From assembly GCA_964495375.1 (NCBI GenBank), contig CAZBWM010000002.1, positions 137,780 through 189,007 of the forward strand: a stretch of 51,228 nt of DNA, in the 5' to 3' direction. Made by a program: the position numbers and the translations under genes. Origin of the DNA: an uncultured Planctomycetaceae bacterium (GTDB lineage Bacteria > Planctomycetota > Planctomycetia > Pirellulales > JAEUIK01). The notes under the pieces were generated by a model that was not told the DNA's origin, ran no database searches, and was given only the letters and a program-made list of their open reading frames with translations. The stretch's first letter is position 1; each line of letters opens with the position of its first letter. This document shows, in pieces, positions 1 through 9,791 of the stretch.

Positions 1-510
1 GCGACTGGCCAGCGCGATCTCCGGCATCTCGACCTGGTGCCGGCGGAATTCAGCGATTCGCTCCGCCGAGGCAATCGCTGCCAGACAAGCGAAGTCGGGC
101 TCGGGGCGACCGGCCCGTCGTGCCACGACCAGGGTCGCTAGCTCGCAAACACGTCGCGGTTCGCGCCAGTTGACGAGGTCTTCGAGCGTGTCGGCACCGA
201 CAATCAGAAACAGCTCACGCGTGGCGTCTTCGGCGGCCAACTGTTCGAGCGTATCGACGGTAAAACTAACACCGCTCCGCTCGGCCTCGATGCGGCTGAC
301 GCGCAGCGTTTCCTGTCCACCGACCGCCAGCTCAAGCATCTCGATGCGCTGAACGACAGGCGTGATGCCGGCCCCCTGCTTGTGCGGAGCGATCGCCGCC
401 GGCACGAGCCAGACCTCGTCCAACTGGCATTGCTCGCGAGCGCACTCGGCCAATAGCAGGTGTCCGTAGTGGACCGGATCGAAGGTGCCTCCGAACAAAC
501 CGAGTCGCAT
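1..510 (-). CDS. nadD: nicotinate-nucleotide adenylyltransferase, C-terminus runs off window start
   Basis: Minus-strand ATG at 510..508 translates MRLGLFGGTFDPVHYGHLLLAECAREQ..., the (H/T)xGH nucleotidyltransferase motif typical of NadD. The reading frame stays open to position 1. It is missing from the ORF track because it is incomplete. Confidence 0.8.
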   Translation of the reverse strand, partial: MRLGLFGGTFDPVHYGHLLLAECAREQCQLDEVWLVPAAIAPHKQGAGITPVVQRIEMLELAVGGQETLRVSRIEAERSGVSFTVDTLEQLAAEDATRELFLIVGADTLEDLVNWREPRRVCELATLVVARRAGRPEPDFACLAAIASAERIAEFRRHQVEMPEIALASR

Positions 511-605
511 CGTGCTGAAATCCCTAGCTAAAGCCTCTCCGCGCCGATCATACTCCCCTCGGCCACCGGTCAGCACTATACTGACGTATAGTAATCGATT
601 CGCGG

Positions 606-2930
606 ATGGCTTTCATGACTGAACAGCAACAGCAGCTCTTCATTTCGCCCGACACGCCGTGGGAAGCCGACGACTCCCAGGAGCGGCTCGTGGCGTCGGT
701 CGTCTTTCCGACGGGGCCGCCGCAGCCGTTCGACTACGTGGTGCCTGACGCGCTGGCGGCCGAAGTCGAAGTGGGGCGCCGCTTGCGCGTGCCGTTCGGC
801 CGGGGTGATCGGCAGCAAACTGGCTACTGCGTTGAAGTCGGGCCAAAGCTCTCGACGGGGCGGCGCCTCAAGTCGATTGGCAGCGTGCTTGATCGACGAG
901 CATTGCTCGCCCCCGCCATGCTGCGGCTCACGCGGTGGATGGCCGAATATTACTTGGCCAGCCTGGGTCAGGTGTTCGATGCCGTGCTGCCGGCCGGCGT
1001 TCGCGACCAGGCAGGCACGCGCGACGCAATCTTCCTGGCCTTGGCCCCCGGCGTGCAAGCACAGCTCGCCGAGCTCGAACTTTCCAAGAAGCAACGGGCC
1101 GTGCTCGACGTGCTGGCCGCCGCCGGCGAGGCGATGCCGCCGCAAGAAGTGGCCACGGCCGCGGGCTGCACCTTCGCGCCGATCACGGCGCTCCGCAAAC
1201 GAGGGCTGATCGTGCGGCAATCGCGGCGCGTGCAGCCGCGTCCCAAGCTGCGCGATGCGCCCCAGCGCGGCGACGACTTGGCGCTCAACTCCGATCAACA
1301 GCAGGCGCTCGACTCCATTGTCGGCGCACTGCGAAGTGGTCATCACGAAGTGCAACTACTGCACGGCGTGACCGGCAGCGGCAAGACCGAAGTCTACATT
1401 CGCGCGATTCAGGAAGTGGTGTCGTACGGGCGACAAGCGATCGTGTTGGTCCCCGAGATTAGCCTGACACCGCAAACGGTCGATCGCTTCAGCCGCCGCT
1501 TCGATTCGGTAGCCGTGCTGCACAGCCACTTGACCGACGCCGAGCGGCACTGGCATTGGGAACAGATCGCCAGCGGCGCCGTACAGGTGGTCGTCGGCGC
1601 GCGCAGCGCCATTTTCGCCCCGACGCCCCACTTGGGGCTGATCGTGCTCGACGAAGAGCACGAGTCAACCTTCAAGCAAGAAACGGTGCCGCGTTACCAC
1701 GCTCGCGACGTGGCGCTACGGCGCGCGATTGACGAGGAGATTCCGCTCTTGCTCGGCTCGGCGACGCCGTCGCTGGAGACCTGGCATCAGGCGAAAACCG
1801 GCGCGTATCGCTTGATCGAACTGCCTAAGCGCGTGCTCGACTTGCCGCTGCCGCGTGTGATGACAATCGACCTGGCCAACGAGCGCCAGAGCCACGGCTC
1901 GCGCTGGGCGATCAGTCGGCCCATGTGTCGAGCGATGGAGAAGGCGCTGGCTGAAGGAGGCCAGGTGATCCTGTTTCTCAATCGCCGCGGCTATTCGACG
2001 CACATTCAATGCCCGTCGTGCGCGGCGGTGATGCGCTGCCCGCAGTGCGAGATTCCGCTGACGCACCATCGGCAAGACGACACCGCGCTGTGCCATTACT
2101 GCGACCATCAGGTGCCGGCGCCCGACGAATGCCCCGAGTGCGGTTTCGCCGGCATCCGCTACTCAGGCCTGGGGACGGAGCGGCTCGAAGCCGAAGTGCG
2201 GGCTCGCTTTCCTAATTACAAGGCGCTGCGGATGGATACCGACGCCATGCGCGGCGCCGGCGCGCACGAGCGGGCGCTCGCTGCTTTTCGCGAAGGCGAG
2301 GTGCAGATTCTGCTCGGCACCCAGATGATCGCCAAAGGGCTCGACTTCCCGAACGTCACGCTGGTGGGCGTGGTCAATGCCGACACGGCGATTCACTTGC
2401 CCGACTTTCGCGCGGCCGAGCGGGCCTTTCAACTTCTCTCGCAGGTGTCGGGGCGCACGGGGCGCGGCGCCAAGGGAGGGCACGTCCTCGTGCAGACGCT
2501 CAATCCGCATCATCCCTCGATCGACGCCGCGGTGCGGCACGATTACGAGGGCTTCGCCAAGGTCGAGCTCGACGTGCGCCGCGAGTTGGGCTATCCGCCG
2601 TTCGGGCGATTGATCCGCGTGCTGTTTCGCGGGCCGTTGGAAGACGCCACGCGCGGATTCGCCGAGCAGGCCGCCGATCGGCTGCGTGCCACGGCCGAAT
2701 CTGCTGCGAGCCATGACCATGCCGAAGCGGCCGCCGGATTAGCGGTGCGCGTGCTCGGCCCCGCGCCGGCGCCAATGGCCAAACTGCGCGGCGAGCTGCG
2801 GTTCCATCTCCTGCTGCAAGCAACCGACAGCGACCGCTTGCACGACGTCTTGAAGCGGGGCATGGCCGGCCTTGAACCGCCGACCGACGTGCAGTGGACC
2901 AGCGACGTCGACCCGCTGAGCATGCTCTAA
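606..2930 (+). CDS. priA: primosomal protein N' (replication restart helicase PriA)
   Basis: 774 aa. Walker A GVTGSGKTEVY, DEAD-like LDEEH, and a Cys-rich zinc-binding insert CPSC...CPQC...CHYC...CPEC. C-terminal helicase motifs (QVSGRTGR) are present. Confidence 0.9.
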   Translation: MAFMTEQQQQLFISPDTPWEADDSQERLVASVVFPTGPPQPFDYVVPDALAAEVEVGRRLRVPFGRGDRQQTGYCVEVGPKLSTGRRLKSIGSVLDRRALLAPAMLRLTRWMAEYYLASLGQVFDAVLPAGVRDQAGTRDAIFLALAPGVQAQLAELELSKKQRAVLDVLAAAGEAMPPQEVATAAGCTFAPITALRKRGLIVRQSRRVQPRPKLRDAPQRGDDLALNSDQQQALDSIVGALRSGHHEVQLLHGVTGSGKTEVYIRAIQEVVSYGRQAIVLVPEISLTPQTVDRFSRRFDSVAVLHSHLTDAERHWHWEQIASGAVQVVVGARSAIFAPTPHLGLIVLDEEHESTFKQETVPRYHARDVALRRAIDEEIPLLLGSATPSLETWHQAKTGAYRLIELPKRVLDLPLPRVMTIDLANERQSHGSRWAISRPMCRAMEKALAEGGQVILFLNRRGYSTHIQCPSCAAVMRCPQCEIPLTHHRQDDTALCHYCDHQVPAPDECPECGFAGIRYSGLGTERLEAEVRARFPNYKALRMDTDAMRGAGAHERALAAFREGEVQILLGTQMIAKGLDFPNVTLVGVVNADTAIHLPDFRAAERAFQLLSQVSGRTGRGAKGGHVLVQTLNPHHPSIDAAVRHDYEGFAKVELDVRRELGYPPFGRLIRVLFRGPLEDATRGFAEQAADRLRATAESAASHDHAEAAAGLAVRVLGPAPAPMAKLRGELRFHLLLQATDSDRLHDVLKRGMAGLEPPTDVQWTSDVDPLSML

Positions 2931-3218
2931 CCCGCACTGTTTGACACCCATCTGTCGCGCGGAAACCGAGCCTCGTCGCTCCCCCCGGCATTCCCCAAAA
3001 TCGCGCCAGGTGGCCTCAACTTTCCGGTCGCGGCGCGCCGATGGCGCTAGTGGTGAACCGCCGGCGCGGCCGCGCTCAGGTGCGCGCTCGCTATGAGCCA
3101 TACTTGCCTGTTGGGGCGAGTCGCTCGTTGTCGAGCTTGCGCGCAACGCCCACGGTTCGACTTCGCCGCGCAATTGGTGCGTCAGAAGCGCACCTCACGA
3201 ACGGGAGGGTTCCTGCGA

Positions 3219-3643
3219 TGCAAATGCGATTGCTGCCATTGGCGGCCATGGCCGCGGTTTGGCTGGCCAGCGCCAGTTCCACACTGGCCCAAGAAACCGG
3301 CCGCAAGCCGCTGATCTACGGTGGCGACATCTCGATGGGCGAACTGACGCCGACGCCAGAGATGTGGTTCTATCAGCAGGAGCTGCGGCAGTTCCAGGAC
3401 CCGCACGCGATGGTTCGCCGCAGGGCCGAGGCCAAAGCCGCGCAGCGCCACGCCCGCATCGAATCGTCAGCCTGGTTCGGCGTCTACAACTCGCGCCCGA
3501 CGACGCAGTACACGCCATTTATGGGGGGCACCTACGGCCCGGCGTTTGGTGGCAGCCGCGACTTCAATCGCTGGTATCCGAGCCATCGCCCGATGATCTT
3601 CTTGCGGACCGGCTCGACCGGCTCGAGCTTCGGGCTGTGGTAA
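3219..3643 (+). CDS. hypothetical secreted protein
   Basis: An internal ATG preceded by GGGAGG gives MQMRLLPLAAMAAVWLASASSTLAQE, a signal peptide ending in the AxA-like cleavage motif. The longer upstream start adds a non-protein-like Arg-rich extension. No family recognised. Confidence 0.5.
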
Positions 3644-3696
3644 GCAATTACCCAACCGTTTGACAAGATCACACAAATTGATCGATCACGCGCGAA

Positions 3697-3730
3697 GCCC
3701 GCCGGTTGCAACCGGTGGGCTTTGTTGTTG
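3697..3730 (+). terminator. rho-independent terminator-like hairpin plus T-run
   Basis: GCCCGCCGGTTG/CAACCGGTGGGC forms a 12-bp stem with one G·U pair, followed by TTTGTTGTTG. It lies downstream of the secreted-protein gene. Confidence 0.5.
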
Positions 3731-3793
3731 AAATCGGAAGTGAGCCATGGCCCTTTCTGCCGACGAGCCGGCGATCTTCCGCGAGACCCCGTC

Positions 3794-4969
3794 ATGAAAT
3801 TCGTTGCCCGTCGCTTCGATACGGGCAAGCCGTGCGAAATCACGCTGGCCGACGGCCGGATCGAGGCGATACACGCGCTCTCTGCCGAGGTGAACGATAC
3901 GCCCCCCTGGATCGCGCCGGGCTTCGTCGATATTCAGGTGAACGGATACGGCGGTCAGGAGTTCAGCTCGGCCTCGCTCACCGTCGACGCGGTCCAGCGC
4001 ATCGCGTCTGACTACGCGGCCGGCGGCGTCACGCGTTTCTGCCCCACGCTCACTACAAATTCTTACGAAGCCCTCGCGCACGGCATGCGCACCCTCGCTG
4101 CGGCTTGCCGTGGTTCGGTGCAACTCGCTCGCCAGATCGCCGGCATTCATCTCGAAGGGCCGTACCTTTCGCGCGAAGATGGTCCGCGCGGCGCGCACCC
4201 CGCCGAACATTGCCGGCCCCCCGATTGGGAACACTTCGCGCGGCTGCAAGACGCCGCCGAAGGGCGAATCACACTCCTCACGCTCTCGCCTGAATACGCC
4301 GAAGCGCCTCCGTTCATCCGCCGCGCGACCGCCGCCGGCGTCTGCGTAGCACTGGGGCATTTGAGCGCAACGGGCGACCAGATTCGCGCCGCGGTCGATG
4401 CCGGCGCTCGACTCAGCACCCATCTAGGCAACGGCGCCCACCGCCTGCTGCGTCGTCATCCGAACTATTTGTGGGATCAACTGGCCGAAGATCGTTTGTG
4501 GGCCAGTCTGATCGTCGACGGGCAACATCTCCCGCCTGAAGTCGTCAAAACGTTCGTCCGCGCCAAAGGGCCTAAGCGACTCGTGCTGGTCAGCGACCTG
4601 TCGGGGCTGGCCGGATTGCCGCCTGGCCGCTATGGATCGAGCGGTTGCGAACTGGAGATTCTCACTGATGGTCGTCTCGTAATCGCCGGGCAGGATCAAC
4701 TGCTGGCCGGGGCCTCGCGCACGATCGCCACGGGCGTCGCCAACATCATGCAGTTCGCCGGGCTTGATTTGCCGACCGCCATCGGCCTGGCAACTACTCA
4801 ACCATGTCGGTTGCTAAGGCTGGACGACGTGCGACTACAACCGGGCGATCCGGCCGATCTCGTGCTGTTCGAATTGCACGACGGGCGGCTCGACATTCGG
4901 GCCACGCTGCTGGCCGGCCGCACAATTTATGGCACGGTTCTATCGAAGGGGGCGGCCCCTGCGGGCTGA
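3794..4969 (+). CDS. nagA: amidohydrolase, N-acetylglucosamine-6-phosphate deacetylase-like
   Basis: MKFVARRFDTGKP... has the GFVDIQVNGYGG motif matching the NagA GFIDxQxNGxGG signature, with downstream metal-binding His/Asp. Start taken at ATG 3794; track ORF begins at 3722. Confidence 0.65.
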   Translation: MKFVARRFDTGKPCEITLADGRIEAIHALSAEVNDTPPWIAPGFVDIQVNGYGGQEFSSASLTVDAVQRIASDYAAGGVTRFCPTLTTNSYEALAHGMRTLAAACRGSVQLARQIAGIHLEGPYLSREDGPRGAHPAEHCRPPDWEHFARLQDAAEGRITLLTLSPEYAEAPPFIRRATAAGVCVALGHLSATGDQIRAAVDAGARLSTHLGNGAHRLLRRHPNYLWDQLAEDRLWASLIVDGQHLPPEVVKTFVRAKGPKRLVLVSDLSGLAGLPPGRYGSSGCELEILTDGRLVIAGQDQLLAGASRTIATGVANIMQFAGLDLPTAIGLATTQPCRLLRLDDVRLQPGDPADLVLFELHDGRLDIRATLLAGRTIYGTVLSKGAAPAG

Positions 4970-5106
4970 AGCGAGCGAAAATTACCGCCCGGCGTGTTGA
5001 TCGCAAATGCACCGCTCCGAGGCCGATCGCAGACTCCCTAGCGGCATGACGTTTGCCCCCTCTCTGCCAGGCGGGGAGAAACGATCGGAGAGTGGAGGAT
5101 CAGCCA

Positions 5107-5438
5107 TGAGCAATCCAGACTATGAATCTTGTCTAAGGAGCTGCACTGAGTGCGCTCGGGCCTGTGAATTTTGCGCCAGCGCCTGCCTGGCGGAGCGCGA
5201 CGCTTCGCACCTGGCCGATTGCATTTCGCTCGATATGGATTGCGCGCTGGCCTGTTGGGGGGCGGCCGCGCTGTTAAGCCGCGGGTCGCACTTCAGTTAC
5301 GAGTTCTGCCTGCTTTGTGCCGAGATTTGCGAGGCCTGCGCCGCCGAATGCGCGAAGCATCCGATGAATCATTGCCAGCGCTGCGCGCGGACTTGCGCGG
5401 AGGAATGCCGTCAACTGGCGGGCGCGCGCGCGGCGTGA
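5107..5438 (+). CDS. Cys-rich four-helix-bundle copper-binding protein (DUF326-like)
   Basis: ~110 aa with repeated CxxxCxxC spacing (CLRSCTECARACEFCASACL..., CALACW..., CLLCAEICEACAAECAKH...). RBS GGAGG lies upstream of ATG 5107. Confidence 0.65.
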
Positions 5439-5455
5439 AGTCGCGCCGCGCCCAG

Positions 5456-6484
5456 TTACGTGCCAAAGCGCAGCCCGGCCAACGCCTCGTTGATCCACTC
5501 GGTGGTGATCACGCGCTCGTTGATCGCCGTGTACCACAGCCCGCGGGCTTCGACGTACGACCGCAAATTGGCCAGCGACGCAGCGAGTGTCGCGCGGTCG
5601 ATCTCCATGTCAGCCGGCTGATAGGCGAGGCCCAAACGGTCCATCAGCGCCACGATCTCGGCATGGCGATTCTCTTGTAGCCTGCTCAGCAGATAAACGC
5701 CCAGCCCGACAATTTGCCCATGAATGAAGGGGCGGCCCGTGCGCTCCTCGAGCTCGTAGAACAAGTAGTGCTCCGAGCCCTCTTCGGTGCGGTAGTGGCC
5801 GGCCGGCAGGCAGATCGTGTTCACCAGCAGGTAGCCGTCGACGATCGCTTGCAGGCCGGCGTCGGTCACCCGGCGAATGTCGTCGGCGCGCTCTTCGACG
5901 AGACGCAGAATGTCACGTGCGCGGCGCACATCGTCGGCCGAGAAAGGTTCCGCGGCGTCGCGCCCCGCGCGGTGAGCCAGTTCCCAGTCGAACGTGCCGG
6001 TATGAATCGAAAGCAGATCTCCCACGCCGGCGATGTTGAGTTGCGGCGGCGCGGTGCGAATCAAGTCGTAATCGACCACCAGCGGATCGGGGCTCGCTCC
6101 CCCCAGGTACTCGACGCGATGATTGCGCCGCACGGCCGCCTTCGGTGTCACGAAGGCGTCAACACTCACGATCGTGGGGACGGTCACCAGCCGGCAGCCG
6201 CGCCGATAGGCGAAGTACTTGCCTAAATCGATCGCCTGACCGCCGCCGACCGCCAGCACGGTGTCGCACTGGGGCGCGGCGGCGATCTGCCGCTCGACGA
6301 CGTCCAGCTCCATCGATTCAACCAGAAGCACGGCGGCCGGCGCGGCGCCGAGACGGTCGCGCACCAGGTGCCAGGGGATCTCCATCGACGTGACGACGAA
6401 TCGCCCGAGCTCGCGCCCCAGCCCGTCGATGCTGCCCGAACCGAATCGTTGCGAGCGAACGTTGGTTTCGCCAGTGATGTGCAT
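5456..6484 (-). CDS. iron-containing alcohol dehydrogenase / glycerol-1-phosphate dehydrogenase-like (DHQS-like superfamily)
   Basis: MHITGE... contains VLAVGGGQAIDLGKYFA, the GGGxxxDxxK nucleotide-binding signature of the Fe-ADH/G1PDH/DHQS fold. Start chosen at the internal ATG 6484, because the longer ORF adds an Arg-rich non-protein-like extension. Confidence 0.6.
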   Translation of the reverse strand: MHITGETNVRSQRFGSGSIDGLGRELGRFVVTSMEIPWHLVRDRLGAAPAAVLLVESMELDVVERQIAAAPQCDTVLAVGGGQAIDLGKYFAYRRGCRLVTVPTIVSVDAFVTPKAAVRRNHRVEYLGGASPDPLVVDYDLIRTAPPQLNIAGVGDLLSIHTGTFDWELAHRAGRDAAEPFSADDVRRARDILRLVEERADDIRRVTDAGLQAIVDGYLLVNTICLPAGHYRTEEGSEHYLFYELEERTGRPFIHGQIVGLGVYLLSRLQENRHAEIVALMDRLGLAYQPADMEIDRATLAASLANLRSYVEARGLWYTAINERVITTEWINEALAGLRFGT

Positions 6485-6510
6485 CGTGAAGTCTCGCGAT
6501 GGTGTGTGGT

Positions 6511-8178
6511 TTATTCGAAGTCCTCGTTGAGCGACGAGCCTGGGTTGGCTGGGCCTTCCTCGGTGACGGTGTTCGGTGGCCCTGCCGTGCCGGCGCGCAG
6601 TCGAGGGTTCACTACGCAGAGATACAACGCGACTCCGCAGGCGATTGCCGCTGTCGTCGCGCACAACGGCGCGATCGGTCGCAACTGCGCGAGCAGACCG
6701 AATGAAGTTCGCGGCGCTGCAACTTCCGCAGGCGCGCCGTGCGATTCCGCGGCCGACGGCTGGCCATCGTGAACCGGTAGCGACACCGCGACGACCGCCA
6801 CGAGCGTCCACGTCAGTGCCATCCAGCAGACGGGCTTGCGCCAGCGCCCCAACTCAAAGCCGCGCGGCACTGTGGATGCAGCGCTCGGCTGAGTTTCGTC
6901 GCCAATATCTGAAGAAGTCATGTCCGGCCGCTGTGTCCCCCGCCAGCGCAAACCTAGAATCGCTGCCAACACGATGCCGCCATAGCCCAGGTAGCCGGCG
7001 ATCGTGGCAATCGACGTGATGATCACGAGCACACCGCTCTGTTCAAGCAGCAAGACGACGCCTGTCGACAGCAACCCCACTAGCACGATCGCGGCGCGCG
7101 GCGTGCCATGCGCGGCATCGACCCCCTTAAGCACCGTCGACACCGGCAACATGTTGTCGCGGGCCAGCGCGAACACTAGGCGCGTGGTTGCCGCCATGCT
7201 GGCCACACCGCAAGCGAAGATCGAGGCGAATACAACCAGCATCACCACCGGGGTGACGCGATTGCCCAACTTGTCTTGAATAATCTGCAGCAGCGGCGCC
7301 GAGTTCGCTTGCGTGGCGGTCAGGTTGTCGATCGACAGCAGAAACGCCACCAGCATCAGGAAGCCGCCGATGCCTGAGGTCAGCTCCGACATGATCACGG
7401 CCCGTGGCACCGTGGCGCGCGGTTGATGGGTTTCTTCGGCCAGATCGGCGGCCCCTTCAAAGCCGGTGATGCACCAGGCACCTAACAACAGCGACAGCGC
7501 CCAGGCCTGCCAGTTGGCCGGCGCACCGGTCGCATAGTTGGTCGACTCCAACAAGAACTTGGGAGACTGTTCTCCCGCGATGAACCAGATGCCCAGCAGT
7601 ACGACGACGATCAGCGCGGCGCCAGCGATCTCGGCGATTACCCCCAAGTCGTTCACCAGCGCCGCCAGACGGATGCCAAATAAATGCACGATGGTGATCG
7701 CGCCGATGACGATCGCGGTCAACCCGGCCGGCCCGATCAGCATCTCATAGTCTTGGGGCAAGTATCCCTGAATGAATGGATGGAGCACGCTGGCCAGCCC
7801 GTAGCAGATGCCTGGGAAACCGGTGAGCCATTGCAGCAGCAGGAACCAGCCGACAAAGAAGCCGAAGCGCGTGCCGACCAGCCGCGATGCCCATTGATAT
7901 CCATAGCCCGACAGCGGCATGTGATTGGCCAACTCGGCGACGACGAGCGCCACGAGAAATTGCCCGACGACCGCCACGCACCACGACCAGAGAATCGCGG
8001 GCCCGGCTTGCCGCAGCCCGAAGCCAAAGTTCGTGAAGATGCCCGTGGTGATCGAGATCAGCGAGAAGCTGACGGCGAAGCTCGAGAAGCCCCCCATCGT
8101 GCGGGCCAACTGCTGGCGATAGCCGAACTGGGCGAGGTCGGCATTGTCGCGGCGGTCCGTGTCGGCCCGATTCTTCAT
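6511..8178 (-). CDS. APC-family amino acid permease
   Basis: About 12 predicted TM segments. An APC-like glycine-rich helix SFAVSFSLISITTGIF follows FGYRQQLARTMGGFS. Start taken at MKNRADTD. Confidence 0.8.
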   Translation of the reverse strand: MKNRADTDRRDNADLAQFGYRQQLARTMGGFSSFAVSFSLISITTGIFTNFGFGLRQAGPAILWSWCVAVVGQFLVALVVAELANHMPLSGYGYQWASRLVGTRFGFFVGWFLLLQWLTGFPGICYGLASVLHPFIQGYLPQDYEMLIGPAGLTAIVIGAITIVHLFGIRLAALVNDLGVIAEIAGAALIVVVLLGIWFIAGEQSPKFLLESTNYATGAPANWQAWALSLLLGAWCITGFEGAADLAEETHQPRATVPRAVIMSELTSGIGGFLMLVAFLLSIDNLTATQANSAPLLQIIQDKLGNRVTPVVMLVVFASIFACGVASMAATTRLVFALARDNMLPVSTVLKGVDAAHGTPRAAIVLVGLLSTGVVLLLEQSGVLVIITSIATIAGYLGYGGIVLAAILGLRWRGTQRPDMTSSDIGDETQPSAASTVPRGFELGRWRKPVCWMALTWTLVAVVAVSLPVHDGQPSAAESHGAPAEVAAPRTSFGLLAQLRPIAPLCATTAAIACGVALYLCVVNPRLRAGTAGPPNTVTEEGPANPGSSLNEDFE

Positions 8179-8673
8179 GGCGGCAGTATTGCGGCTCGTC
8201 GTTGCAGGCGTGTCACAGTTCGCAGGTCGCAATCTACCGTGTCGCGCCCCGCCGTGGCATGGGCTTCCAGCCCATGCGCGATGCGTTTCGCGGGGGGGAT
8301 ACGTGACAAACACGGCCAGGATGGCCATGCCACGAGCGTGCCAAAGGTGTCAGGAACCACCTTCGACGACGTGCAGGGCACACGGGACCGTCGCGCGCTC
8401 GGCGGTTCCAGACACCGAACCCCCTGCTGGCAAACCCTTCCTCGCCGCTAGCAAGGCAGCCATCTGCTAGCGCGAAATAGTCCGGTCAGCTAAACCTTGC
8501 CGGCGTGACCGTAACGACTGCGTCGAGTTTGCGGGCGTCGACGTAAATCGTTGGCACGGCACTTCATCCGTACAACCGATCCAGCCGATACGCCCGGTAG
8601 GGTCGGCACGTTCGGCACGAGCGTGCGCGCTGGCCTGATCGCGTCAAACGGACCCAGCCAAGGGATCGCACGG

Positions 8674-9717
8674 ATGCAACGGCCGCTCCTGAAAGTCGCC
8701 TGCCTGTTGGCCATCGCCGCCGCGCTGGTGGGCTGCAAGAACCCGATCCAGATGCGCACGTCGGGGCGGATCGTGGCCGAGATGCCGCCGCAGAACAATA
8801 TCTCGCCGGTGCTTCCAGGGCAGGTGCTCAATACGGGGACCGAGTCGGCCCAACGCATCGCGATCATCGACGTCGACGGGCTGCTGTTGAACATGGACAT
8901 GGTCGGCCCCTCGTCGCATGGCGAGAACCCTGTGTCGCTGTTCCGCGAGAAGCTCGACGCGGCCGCTTGCGACCCCTGCGTGCGGGCGGTCGTGGTCCGC
9001 ATCAATAGCCCCGGTGGCGGCGTGACCGCGACCGACATCATGTGGCACGATCTCGAAGCATTCAAAAATCGCACGGGCCGCCCCGTCGTGGCTTGCCTGC
9101 TGGATGTCGGCACCGGGGGTTCGTATTACCTGGCGACCGCGGCCGACCAGATTGTCGCCAATCCGATCACAATCACCGGCGGCATCGGCGTCATCCTGAA
9201 TCTCTACGACCTGACTGGCGCGATGGCTGAAAGCCAGGGACGCGTCTACAACCTCGCGGTCAAGGCCGGCGACAACATCGACCTGGGGAGCGGTATGGCT
9301 CCGCTCCCCGAGGAGAAGCGCCGCCTGCTGCAAGAGATGGCCAACGAGATGCATCGGCGGTTTCGCGACGTCGTGCTCGAGGCTCGGCCGCAGGTCAACG
9401 CCGACGACAAAACGAACTTCGATGGCCGCGTGTTCACCGCCGCGCAAGCGCTCGAACGCGGCTTGATCGACGAGATCGGCTACCTCGACGACGCGGTCGC
9501 GGCGGCCGAAGGTCTGGCGGGCATCGCGGGCGCCAACGTGGTGCTCTACCACCGCAAGAACGATCCGCCGCGCTCGCTCTATGCCGTGACGCCGAACGTG
9601 CCGCTGCAAGGGGGTGCCATCCTCCCCGGCATGCCCGGCATGGATCGCAGTCGCATGCCGACGCTGCTCTACCTGTGGCAGCCGGAGCCGACCTTGGAAA
9701 AACTGGGCGGGCGGTAG
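8674..9717 (+). CDS. sppA: signal peptide peptidase SppA-like lipoprotein (S49, 36K type), copy 1
   Basis: Lipobox LVGC after MQRPLLKVACLLAIAAA. S49 core RAVVVRINSPGGGVTATD...GTGGSYYLATAAD...ITGGIGVILN. Confidence 0.8.
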   Translation: MQRPLLKVACLLAIAAALVGCKNPIQMRTSGRIVAEMPPQNNISPVLPGQVLNTGTESAQRIAIIDVDGLLLNMDMVGPSSHGENPVSLFREKLDAAACDPCVRAVVVRINSPGGGVTATDIMWHDLEAFKNRTGRPVVACLLDVGTGGSYYLATAADQIVANPITITGGIGVILNLYDLTGAMAESQGRVYNLAVKAGDNIDLGSGMAPLPEEKRRLLQEMANEMHRRFRDVVLEARPQVNADDKTNFDGRVFTAAQALERGLIDEIGYLDDAVAAAEGLAGIAGANVVLYHRKNDPPRSLYAVTPNVPLQGGAILPGMPGMDRSRMPTLLYLWQPEPTLEKLGGR

Positions 9718-9791
9718 GTTGTCCAGGAGTTGATCGAAGAACTGTAGCCGGCGTCAGTGAAGCCGAAGTATCGCGGGATGGAACCCAGGCC

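Noticed and set aside
170-352. 60-aa plus-strand ORF
   Set aside because: It is antisense to the clear nadD reading frame on the minus strand and Ser/Arg-rich. It is a GC-frame artefact.
576-1355. 259-aa minus-strand ORF and other long antisense ORFs
   Set aside because: The ORF at 576..1355 lies inside priA, and similar ones lie inside other genes (8644..9609, 12563..13741, 20248..21336). These are high-GC open frames opposite well-supported genes, with Arg/Ala/Gly-rich non-protein-like composition.
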